In this document: positions 44,691-54,165 of the stretch, piece by piece
How positions within the stretch are numbered: the first letter of the stretch is position 1
How the letters are laid out: each line of letters starts with the position of its first letter
Assembly (NCBI GenBank): GCA_964019335.1
Contig: OZ025681.1
Span: forward strand, 124,001-188,000
Origin: Diplonema japonicum
Taxonomy: Eukaryota > Protista > Euglenozoa: Diplonemea
Reading direction: 5' to 3'
DNA length: 64,000 bases
Program-made: the position numbers and the translations under genes
The notes under the pieces: generated by a model
Told to the model about the DNA's origin: nothing
Seen by the model: only the letters and a program-made list of their open reading frames with translations
Database searches by the model: none

Positions 44691-46043
44691 TTACACGTTG
44701 ATCGCATTGCGGAGGAAGTGCTCAACACAAGGGACATCCTCGCGTACGGAGGAGAGCCATCTCATAGAGATGAGCAGCGTGGAGTAGGACACATCGACTA
44801 TCTCAGAGCCGGACTCCCGTGTGCAGATCGAGGAGGCTGCAACGAACCTTCGCGAGTGCAGCAGTAGGGAGCGTATGCCGCTGGAATCAGAGGAGCACGT
44901 CGACGCAGCACTTCCAATGCTTGGGCAGAACAAACTGAACGTCACCTTATCATTCAGCCACACATCGTCTAGAAGCTCACTTGTATTCGGACGGCACGTC
45001 GGCTCCAAAAACATCGATTCTACGAACTTCAACGCCTCACGTGGCACTTTATCTGACAAAAGCATGCTGTCTAAGTGGGTACACTGAGGTGGCACCCCTG
45101 CAAAGATCTCGTGCACAGTACATCCCACCGACCAGATGTCCGAAGCTTTCGAGGGCTTCTTCCCCTGTCTTATTTCCGGCGCTGACCAAGGAAGCTCAAC
45201 AGGCGGCATCTCATCCGTGAACAAATGTGTCGCAGCAGTGAAATTTGAGATCTGCAGCGTGCCCATGGTGTCAAGCATAAGGTTGCTAGCTTTGATGGCA
45301 TTGTGGATGATTCCAAAGGAGTGAATGTATCGAAGCCCTCGTAAGATCTGTGTTGTGTAAAGCCTGACGACGGGGAAAGGTAGTTCCCCGATTTCATCTA
45401 CGAAGGCTGCAAGGTTGCCCTGGCTGCCGACAGTGTACGCCATGGTGATGCGGGTGTATTCACGAACTTGCTCCACGTTCCCCCTCAGGATCTTGGCTAC
45501 GTTTTCGTGGTTTAGTTTTTTGAGGATCTCGATCTCGGAGTACATCCGTGACAGCTGAGGAGGCCCCATCACTGTTTCCGAAGAGAGGAAAAAGAACAAA
45601 CCTGTCTTGTGGTCTATGCACCGCTGTACTTTTATGGCCTGGTTGCCTGAGAAGTCTGCAGACTCGCAGAACTCAGTGGTACCCAGCATTGTTCTCAAGG
45701 TTGGTTTTCGTTTATGTCTAAGGCTTCCGTGAGGGTGAAAATGGAAATGCCGTTGGTGACATTGAGTGGTGGTTACGCTCTGCTTGGTACGCCGCTGTAC
45801 CGTGGGTTTAACCGCTTTTGTCTGGACTTGTTGTTCTGTCTCTGTGGCCTCCTGGTGCTTGCTACTGTACCCTAGAAACATCACCGTTACCGCCATGCTG
45901 GCCAATATGCACTCCCACGCTAGTGCCACGTAAGCCAGCTCAGGAATCACGAGGTGCCTGAGGCAGCTCACACTAAAAATCACAACTATGAAAATCAAAC
46001 CCAATGTATTTGCCCACGGTTTCAGGGTGCTAAATAGGACCAT
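44691..46043 (-). CDS. Membrane-anchored STE-like pseudokinase
   Basis: Two N-terminal hydrophobic segments. Kinase fold with HRD replaced by HNA, DFG by NFT, and no VAIK; WSAPE and SDIWSVG retained. Start placed at MVLFST. Confidence 0.8.
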   Translation of the reverse strand: MVLFSTLKPWANTLGLIFIVVIFSVSCLRHLVIPELAYVALAWECILASMAVTVMFLGYSSKHQEATETEQQVQTKAVKPTVQRRTKQSVTTTQCHQRHFHFHPHGSLRHKRKPTLRTMLGTTEFCESADFSGNQAIKVQRCIDHKTGLFFFLSSETVMGPPQLSRMYSEIEILKKLNHENVAKILRGNVEQVREYTRITMAYTVGSQGNLAAFVDEIGELPFPVVRLYTTQILRGLRYIHSFGIIHNAIKASNLMLDTMGTLQISNFTAATHLFTDEMPPVELPWSAPEIRQGKKPSKASDIWSVGCTVHEIFAGVPPQCTHLDSMLLSDKVPREALKFVESMFLEPTCRPNTSELLDDVWLNDKVTFSLFCPSIGSAASTCSSDSSGIRSLLLHSRRFVAASSICTRESGSEIVDVSYSTLLISMRWLSSVREDVPCVEHFLRNAINV

Positions 46044-46130
46044 TTTGTATTTTCTTCTTCTTCTTTTTTTTTCAACGCCTTGGGTGCAAAGAAGAAAGGG
46101 GGAATAGAAGACTCGGGGCGGCACAAAAAT

Positions 46131-46701
46131 AACTATTTATTGCCAACAAATAATGAGTCATTATTTAACTCGAGTTCCCGAATTTTTTGCACGAGGGCCC
46201 GCAGGGCCCGAGTGCAAAAAAACGGGTAACGAGTGTTAAATAATGGCTCATTTGGCGGCAAGTAAGTCGTTTTATTTCACTCTTCGTCATTTGAGTCACT
46301 CACTCTTCACTGCTTTCACTGCTGTTTTTTTTCACGCAGGTCAGCTTTTTGGGGATTTTCCTAAGGTAATACAGGGTAGCTATTTCGCCGTGGCATTTAA
46401 AGGGGAAGTAAGGCACTTATTCCCACTTTTAAGGGCTGGAATGGCCTCAGATGGCCAAAAATAGTCAAAATACCCCCACCCCAAAAAAATTTTTCAAGGG
46501 GTTGGGTGCATTTTTTTCCACGACAAGACCCATTTTTTCACTCTGAAGGGCCATTATTTAACTGCAAAATCTCATTATTTAACTAGTTAAATAATGGCGA
46601 TTTCGCGTTAAATAATGGCCGTTTCGCGTTAAATAATGGCCATTTCGCGTTAAATAATGAGGCCCCTAGTGAGTGAAGAAAATGACGAAGAGTGAAATAA
46701 A
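46131..46701. mobile_element. Non-coding palindromic repeat element of unknown class
   Basis: Long imperfect hairpin centred on GGGCCC-GCA-GGGCCC (about 46150-46252). 22-bp inverted repeat TTTATTTCACTCTTCGTCATTT at 46271 and 46680-46701. 21-bp tandem units GTTAAATAATGGC..TTTCGC. Confidence 0.55.
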
Positions 46702-46875
46702 AAAAAAAAAAAAAAAAAAAAAAAGAAGAAGAAAAAAAAAAAGTACCCTTCTCAGTTTTGGAACTTGAGCCTCGCAAAACTCCTCCGCCCTCAGGCTGTA
46801 AAACCTAAGGTGAAGGGTCCGGGAAAAAGAAAAAAAATTCGATCTTTTAACATCAAGGTGACAAGTCGAACAACG

Positions 46876-47194
46876 CTCCAAGTGTACCATAAAGTACAAG
46901 GGGTGGGTGTTTTGTAGTCAAACGACACATTGGAGTGGGTTCTAACCTGTGCGGCACCACCTCTCAGACATGACGTGCCTCCCCGTTTCCTCGCGGTAGG
47001 GTGGGGCATCTTTTTCTTTTGCCGAAGCCAAATGTTTTGAAAGGTCTGTTTGTGCCTGGGTGACAGTCGCTCGCGCATGGTTTGCCTTATTCTTGTGTCT
47101 CTTCCGAACACCGTCACCCTGACACAGACTTCCCTGAAATGACTCGCTGAAGGGGAGGTTGCACACTTAGACCCGGCCAAAGGTCTTGCTGCCC
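46876..47194 (-). repeat. Dispersed structured repeat (SINE-like), longer copy
   Basis: Homologous to 22664-22897. Several potential stems (AGACC/GGTCT, GGGTGAC/GTCACCC, CTCCAA/TTGGAG). Confidence 0.75.
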
Positions 47195-47264
47195 ATTTGA
47201 AAAAAAACTCAAAGTACAGGACAAGCCCCCCGCTAGAGGGCCGCCCTATGGGAGGGGGGGGGGT

Positions 47265-50200
47265 CTATCTGTTAATACTCCCCTTCTGGAGCATTGCTTT
47301 CATCCCGATTGAGGCCGTGAGCGTCTTGCGGAGTCGTGTGATGCGGTCCCGCTTGTAGGCGGCTTTCAATTCCATCAGCTTGTCGTGCGTGGAGCGGGTG
47401 GCGAAAATAGGCCTCCTGGAGAAACCAATAGCTGCCTTTCCTCCAATGGCGATGAGGGACTTCACTCTTTTTCTCTCGTCCGCTGGGAAGGGGCGTCGCT
47501 TCTTCCGTGCCCTGCATGCTGTGTTTATCTTTACGATGAGAGCTTTGATTCTGCGCGCCCTATCTTCCAGCAGGCCTCCCAAAGACTTTCCGGTCGTCCA
47601 TTCGAAGTCAATGGCCAGTTCCACCGCCGACACCTCCGAGGTGGTGTCCTTCTCTACCCAGCGCAGTTGTGACAACCATTGTAGCAGCGGGTTCAGGTAC
47701 TGGGACAGGACCCCGCTCACTCCTTCGAGCTCGCCAGCTATCGGAACGGGGCATCTCTTACCTACCACATTTCGAATCCACGGCAGCGGCTGTGTGTTGA
47801 CATCCTCCTTCTGCATGAGCTCTACGTCTCGTTTCTCAACCACCACGGCTAAGTATCGTTGCAGCTTCTCTAGGTACGCAAAGTCATGTCCTCTCGGCAG
47901 AATCGCGTGCAATTCCAGACACAGGGGCCATCCTGTCCTGTTGCGCAGTGGTTCCAAGCCGTCCCGTGCTAGCTCTTCCTGTGCGCAGGCGCATTCGTAG
48001 AGTTGATGGCGGAGTAGGGTAACCGTGTCCGGGTACGGTGATTCGCACAGGTCGCACCTGAACCCTTGTGTGCGTGGTACTGTCGTTGCTGGGACTTGGC
48101 TTATGCTCTCTTCGACTTCTTCGGTGTCGTCACCTTCTGGTGCCAGGGGGACGCTTCTTTGGTTCGTTCCTGCATGCGGGCTAAGGTAGGGGACCCCTCC
48201 GGTGATAACCCGTCTCAGGCAGTAGGACATGAGCGGGTCTTTGGCTGTTTTCCATAGTTGGTTGGTTTTGGGATCCGCTCCCGCCTCCATCCCTCTCACT
48301 GTGTTCCTCTCGTTCGCCAGCGACCTGCTCCGGGCTTTCCTCACCGCGTCCCTAAAGACGTGTCCGCGTTCGGCCCAGGGTTTGTTCCCACAGTCTAGCA
48401 ATTGCGCCCAGCTCCATCCTATATAGGGGAGCCACCGACAGACCAGGTTGCCTACTGGTCCCATCGGGGTGGACCCCGTGCCGTACCCCGCAGCGATCTG
48501 CATGCATCTCTGTCGTAGTCGTTCGTCGTCGAGCGCTCCGGACACTACCTTCAGGGAGTGGTATATCACATAGGAGAGGGGATCGTTGGTATGCCCCTTC
48601 AAGAGGACTGTGTTCACTGCGGTTGGAGAGCGTCCACGGTGGTGAGGGCCCCATAGGTTGCACGTTACCCTTGTCGACAATTTCTTGAGCGTCTCGTCAC
48701 ATGGGGGGGAGAACGGTCCGCTGTAGAGGCATGACGGAAGAATCGTCGTGCTGACCATGTGTGCTTTCGTTTCGAAGGCTAACCTCGTGCAACCCAGCCG
48801 GTCTAGCGAGTCAAGCGCATCCGTGGTCGGTTTGTTCCATTTCGTCCCTGTCCTGCGCGTGTTGATTTTCACGCCAAGCCCTTTGAGGTCCGACACCGTC
48901 TTGTATGGTACAGGTACTTCCGAGCCTTTCCTCATCGCCGTTCGGTCTCCCACGACTCTCGACTTGAACCCTTCCGCGGTGCCAAAGCCCACCGTCTTTT
49001 CCTTGTTGACCTGCATCCCCGTCAGGTCGCAAAACTCTAGAGTCCCTTCGACCGCTGCCTGCAGTGAGTCCCGCAGCTTCGCTAACAGGTAAGCGTCGTC
49101 GGCATATGCTAGCACCTCGGCGTCCGGCGCTACCTGCTCGACGGCCCGTATCATGATGGACAGCAAGGCGTTGATGATGATGACCGACAGCGGGCACCCC
49201 TGGAGGATACCGTTTGTGGCCTCAAACGTGTCACCAACTCCTATGGGGTACTTGAACCTCCTCGTGATCTGGGAGTACATCCCTTGGAGTGCTCTTCCTA
49301 TAGATTCGTCCATCCCCAGGGCGCTCATGAGGTCAAGGGACAACTGTTGTGGTACCAGGTCGAAGCACTTTCTAAAATCCAGGGCTAGTCCCTCCGGTTC
49401 CCCATCCACCAAAGCCAGCTCCAGCTTGGTACACAGTTCCATGAGGGCTGTCGTCGTACTGTGCTTGGGCCTAAACCCGTGCTGTCTCGGCGTGATCCAA
49501 CGTTCCTGCCAGTCAAGGACACCCTTCAGCCTCGTACACGCCCACAAGCGGTAGATGGTGCTGGTCACCGTGATGGGTCGGTGGTTCAGAGGGGCTGACC
49601 CTTCACCCTTTGGAATCAGTGACACCAGGGCTGTCGTGATCTGTCTCGGCCACTGGCCTGTCTCCTCAATCAGGTTGAAGAGGTCTGCGAAGGCTCTCAG
49701 GATGCTCACCGGAAGACGTTCGCCAACCGTCCACGCCACAGGCCCCTTTGTCTGGCTTCTTCTTGATCACTTCCCTCAGCTGTTCCGCTGTGATCGAAGT
49801 ACGCGACATTAGGGTTTTCTTGATCATGTTCCCGTAGCGCTGTGCAAATCGTTCGTACTGTGGCTCGTCCTCTGGTGCCCGTGCAGAAAAGACGCCCGAC
49901 CAAGCGTCTCGCATCACCTCGTCCATCTTCCGTAGGTTTGCGGTCACTCCACCATCTGCCGTCTCAACCACATCTGTCCTTTGGTTTGGGTGGTCTTTGA
50001 TCCAGGCTGTGATGTGTCTGCGCTCCTTCCCAAAATCAGAGCGTATTGAACGTTCGTATGCTTTCGCCTGCATGTTCTTGCGGCATAGGAGCAGCTCCGA
50101 CAACATTCCCTGGGAGTAGTCCTCAGCTATTTCAAGCTCCCCCCTGATGCTATCAATACTCCCTGTCGCGTCGATCTTGCAGAACTCGACCTTCAGCTCT

Positions 50201-51396
50201 TCCCCTAGCGTCGTTATGTTTCTGAGCGCGTTCCGTATCTCCACCGGGAGCGGCCCGCAGTGTCCACCCTCATAGAGTTTCAACATTTGCTGTTTTGCAC
50301 TTCGAATTTTGAGCTTCAACTTCTCAAGCCGCTGTTGTCGATTTGTTGCCGCCCCGACTGCCGACTCCGTTGACCTCGCACTCAGCTCTGACCTCGTAGG
50401 CTCCCGTGCCTTGCCCCTTCCGGTGTATACGTTGCGTACCGGTCCCACGTACCCATGTAGTAGGTATTGTTCCGCAAGGTCTGATATCTCTGAGAAAGCT
50501 TCGGTTGGCCTCTGTGCTGCAATGAACTCACGGTACCTCGACTTCTGCATCAGTGTCTCCGCTATTCCGACTGGCGCCTTCTTGGTCTTTGGTATCTCCT
50601 GCGGGACGGTGTATCTTAGGACTTCTTGTCGAAAGGCTGGGATGTTGAGTGTTACCGACAGGCATCGGTGGTCCGACCCGGAGATAGCCTCGCTTACTCC
50701 GCAATGCTCGAGCCCCTGGGCCGCGATGTTGTTCAACAGTACCCTATCAACCCGCGTATTGCAATTGGTTCTGACAAGTGTGCTCTCTACCTGTACTCCA
50801 TCCCTCCGAGCACAGAACGCAGCGGCGTCTATCCAGTCCGTTTGTAAAGCCCTCTTTAGTGTGGCGGATCGGGTTTCGTCCGTGTTGAAGTCCCCCACTA
50901 CTGCCACCGGCACGTCTCCCAGCTCGAACTTGAGTCGGTGTAGTAGGTAATGGAGAAGCTCTTCACGGTACTTTGCCTTCGTCGGGTCTTGGCCTGAGTG
51001 GCAGTATACATTCACCAGGTGGAGCCATCGCTTGTTCCCATCAAGTGAGATCTTTACGTGTGACCATCTGTCTTTATGTGGCCCAGTCGTTTCACAGATC
51101 ACTGCTGTCCGTGGTTTCTTCACAAAGGTCCCCAATCCGCCCCGCTTCGCTATCGTCAGAGACGTGACACCTTTGGTCTCCCTCCCTGGTTGAGGTTTGC
51201 TCCAGAATCTGGTGTACCGTCTGCCCCAAACATCATCTCTCAGCACGTGCTCGATCTCCAGCTGCGTCTGTGCCGTGAGGGCAGTTTCTTGGATGCAGAA
51301 TGCGTCCGGGAGGACAGTAGAGTACTCACCCAGCCGGTTGTTCAGTGCTGAGCCGTTGTGTGTGAGAATGGTGAGTGGTCCAGGTCGATGTCGGTG
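47265..51396 (-). pseudogene. LINE ORF2 (APE endonuclease, reverse transcriptase, C-terminal CCHC) with one frameshift near 49720
   Basis: ILTHN..CIQET, VNVY, GDFN, VDRVL, SDH; RPITV, QHGF, DFRKCFD, GILQGCPLS, YADD; CDLC..HQLYEC. Confidence 0.9.
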
Positions 51397-53403
51397 TCAT
51401 CGTCAGTTGGGGGGGGACCTAAGTCATCTTCCGTCTCCATGTCATCGTTTTCTCCCCCCTCGGCTAGCGAACGGGGCTCGTCTCTGTCCAGTCTCGAAAC
51501 CGTCGCTCCCGTGAGAGCCTTTATCTGCTCGGTGAGAACCGTCATCTGGGCGCGCATCTGCTGGACCTCCCCTCGCAGCTGCGCGTTCTCTCTCCGTAGC
51601 TCGACCACTTCCGTTGATGGCTCATCCCTGCTCGGTTCCCCCGCCAGCTTGCGGATCGCATTTTCAATGGCCGTAAGGCGGTCCTCAACAGCCGGGGTAC
51701 CTGCCTTTCTCGTCGTGGTGGACGTCTTTTCGGACTTCGGAGGGGCGACCTTTTTCGGGGGGGCAACATTCTTCTCTGTAGCAGGAGGCTTGTGGCCTGG
51801 CTGGGTGGATTCCGTCACTGCACCAAGGTAGGACTTGCCTGTGGCTGCGACCCCTGTCTTCGGTCTTCCCCATGACTGTGCAGTTGGTATCTTCTTAATG
51901 GGCGGGCCTCCCACGTCGGGTGCTATCCTGCAGTGGAGAATCTGTCCTGTCGGGGATGTGATCCTCAGCGTCGTGGTTGGGGGTTTGCCTCCTCGGATGT
52001 ACCAACACCTCAGGTTGTTGTTCCAACCCCCGTGTAGAGGAACGGCCTCCCACTTCATGCTGGAGTATTAACTCCACGTGCTCTACGCCGCATTGCCCGT
52101 ACAGGCCCGTCAGTCGCCACCTCGGCTCCCCATGCTGTCCGCGCTGTCGTTCATCTTCGCCCAACACCTTGTCAAGGAGCGCGGTCTTCTTCTCCTCAGA
52201 CGTCCTCACACCGAGGCGGCAGTCCGACTCACGAAGTGCTAGCCCCTGCTTTTCCGCCTCTGCCAGCTCTAGCGCTTCCTTCAATGTGGTCTCCTTCGGG
52301 AGCCAGGCGACGGGGGACCTCGGCACGTCCTTCGGCTTGACAAAGACACCTCCCCTCCCGGACGTGTCCACGAACCTGTCGAGGCTGGCTCTTGGGATCG
52401 TCGCGAGTACGTCTATTCTCGGGGTCGGTCCTTCCATGATCCTGTCGATCCTGTGGACCGTCTTGCAGCCCAAGCCCTGGAGGAGCTTTCGGGGTTCGGA
52501 GGTCACCTTCTCCCACCTCTGGGTTGAGGTGTGTGTCTTCGAGAAGACGATCGCTACACGTGTGAACCTTGCGCCCAGTTCGATGTCCACTGTGTCCTTC
52601 GATGCGCACATGGAAATCTTCCCGCTCACTACGAACAAGAACATCTTTCTGTTGGTGAACTCACCGTCTGCCTTGAGTACGATGTCGTACTCGTGTCGTT
52701 CTGTGCCGCGGCGCTTGAGGATGAGCGCCTTGTTCCCGTCCCATCCCATCTCCTTGGCCTCTCTTGCGTTTTCTTCGGTTGCGATGGCAACCCCGTCCTT
52801 CCCCGCCACCAGCTCTTCCCACGACACGAAGGGCTGGTCAAACTGCCCCTGCTCCAGCGACCAGCGTTTCGCTGCTTGTGGTTCTTTCTGCGGCGGCTTG
52901 CTGTTTGGTCCTCTCCAGGATCTCGCCTCACCGTCCGAAATCGGAATGTCTACTCGCGGCAGTTTGAACTGCTGTACTGCTTTTTTCAGAACGTTTACGT
53001 TGAACGGTTCTGACGCGTTGAGATAAGCCCGACCGTCGAAGGCGATGTGGATGGGCAGCTTTTTGGACTCTCCCGAGATAGGGGAGACTGCGAGGGCGCC
53101 GTTATCGACCGTCAACAAGCGGATGTCGACCTTCCATGCGCGGGCAGTGGCCTGGATGGTAACCAGGTCGGCGGCGGTACCTTCCTTCGCGTGCTGGGTG
53201 CAGTAGGTGTCGTAGCTCCCGGTGACGTTCATTTGGTATTCTTCGCTTCCTCGCAACTCCTGTATCATGCGGCGTCTAATGTCGCTCCCCTTCTTCCCTA
53301 GCTTCTCTCCGACCACTCCGTAGAAGGAGTTCCCGTTCCCGTTCCCGTACGCCTTTCTGTGCGCCGTCATCCCGAAGCCCTTCATAGCTTTTAAAATGTC
53401 CAT
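51342..53403 (-). pseudogene. LINE ORF1 with an N-terminal OTU-like domain and a C-terminal coiled coil; one frameshift near 52060
   Basis: ORFs 51895..53403 and 51342..52058 join at VELILQ/MKWEAV. GNGNSFY..IQATARAWKVDIRL..IHIAFDGRAY is OTU-like. ELRRENAQLRGEVQQMRAQM has heptad character. Confidence 0.75.
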
Positions 53404-53683
53404 GGTTGACGTGGACCGTTGATGCTGAAATTGATGCTGTTGATGTGTTGTTTGCGCTCTCCTCTCCTTCCCTTCCTTGCACTAACTTAGAAACCTTTAC
53501 CCTTCCTAAACTTATACACTTCCGTTGACCCTTACACTTCTGTTTCCTTTTATTTCCGTTACACTTTTACACTTCCTCTAAATCTTTATACTCCGTTGAA
53601 CCTTGATATCGCGTTCTTACTCCAATATTTGTATTTTCTTTTCAAACCGTTGCTGTGTGAACTTTATTGGCACGGTCGGACAC

Positions 53684-53720
53684 CAATAAAGTACAGAAAC
53701 TGTAGCTTTAGAATCGTTGG
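53684..53720 (-). ncRNA. Diplonemid-type spliced-leader (mini-exon) sequence lacking its first two A residues
   Basis: CCAACGATTCTAAAGCTACAGTTTCTGTACTTTATTG versus the recalled Diplonema SL AACCAACGATTTAAAAGCTACAGTTTCTGTACTTTATTG. The 3' part CAGTTTCTGTACTTTATTG is the conserved kinetoplastid/diplonemid SL end. Confidence 0.92.
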
Positions 53721-53732
53721 AAAAAAAAAAAA

Positions 53733-54028
53733 CTACTATGATAGGAAACGAAGTGTTTAGCAACGGCCCACACACAAAAAACAAAAAAAGAGAGACTATT
53801 TAAGGGTGCCTGCAGTGGCAAGGCGCCCCGCACAAGCATCGTCTACTTGATTACAGGGGGCGCGCCTCGGCCTAGCTGTAGCTTCTCCCGTGCAGTACCC
53901 TGAGCATCTGCAATACGTTCTTCCACTCGGGCGCTACCGGTGATGACCAACGAGGAGGTCAACAGCGAACAACACATCTGATGGACTTCTTTATATTTCC
54001 ATATTTCTGTGTTATCCCCACCACCACC
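53733..54028 (-). mobile_element. Second SINE-like copy: degenerate HDV-like ribozyme (53875-54028), short body, T-rich tract, 39-nt motif (53733-53769)
   Basis: GACCTCCTCGTTGGTCATCACCGG and GAGTGGAAGA..TGCAGATGCTC match 20151-20287, with the same order of parts. Confidence 0.65.
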
Positions 54029-54096
54029 AATAAAGAAAGTTCAAATTAACATGCAAGCTCCCTGAGACGAAAGCCGCATGCCCTAAAAAGGGAGGG

Positions 54097-54165
54097 GGTA
54101 TGGCCAGTACTAGGTATGGCCAGTACTAGGTATGGTCAGTACTAGGTATGGTCAGTACTAGGTAT
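54097..54165. repeat. 16-bp tandem repeat GGTATGG(C/T)CAGTACTA, about 4.3 units
   Basis: Read directly from the sequence. Confidence 0.9.

Larger units (their letters stand above)
47208..53720 (-). mobile_element. Full-length two-ORF APE-RT non-LTR retrotransposon (family 1) with the SL exon at its 5' end
   Basis: ORF1 plus ORF2 (APE, RT, CCHC). 3' end shared with 472 and 31440. Flanked by T12 (5') and T8 (3') on the element strand. Confidence 0.93.

Noticed and set aside
51977-53026. 349-aa plus-strand ORF, and similar ones at 42421..43512 and 23318..24349
   Set aside because: Antisense to well-supported coding regions and with no recognisable motifs.
53600-53790. Functional SL RNA gene
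   Set aside because: Single copy, first two nucleotides missing, no T-run terminator at the expected distance, and it runs straight into a LINE 5' UTR. Not fully excluded without the species' SL intron sequence.
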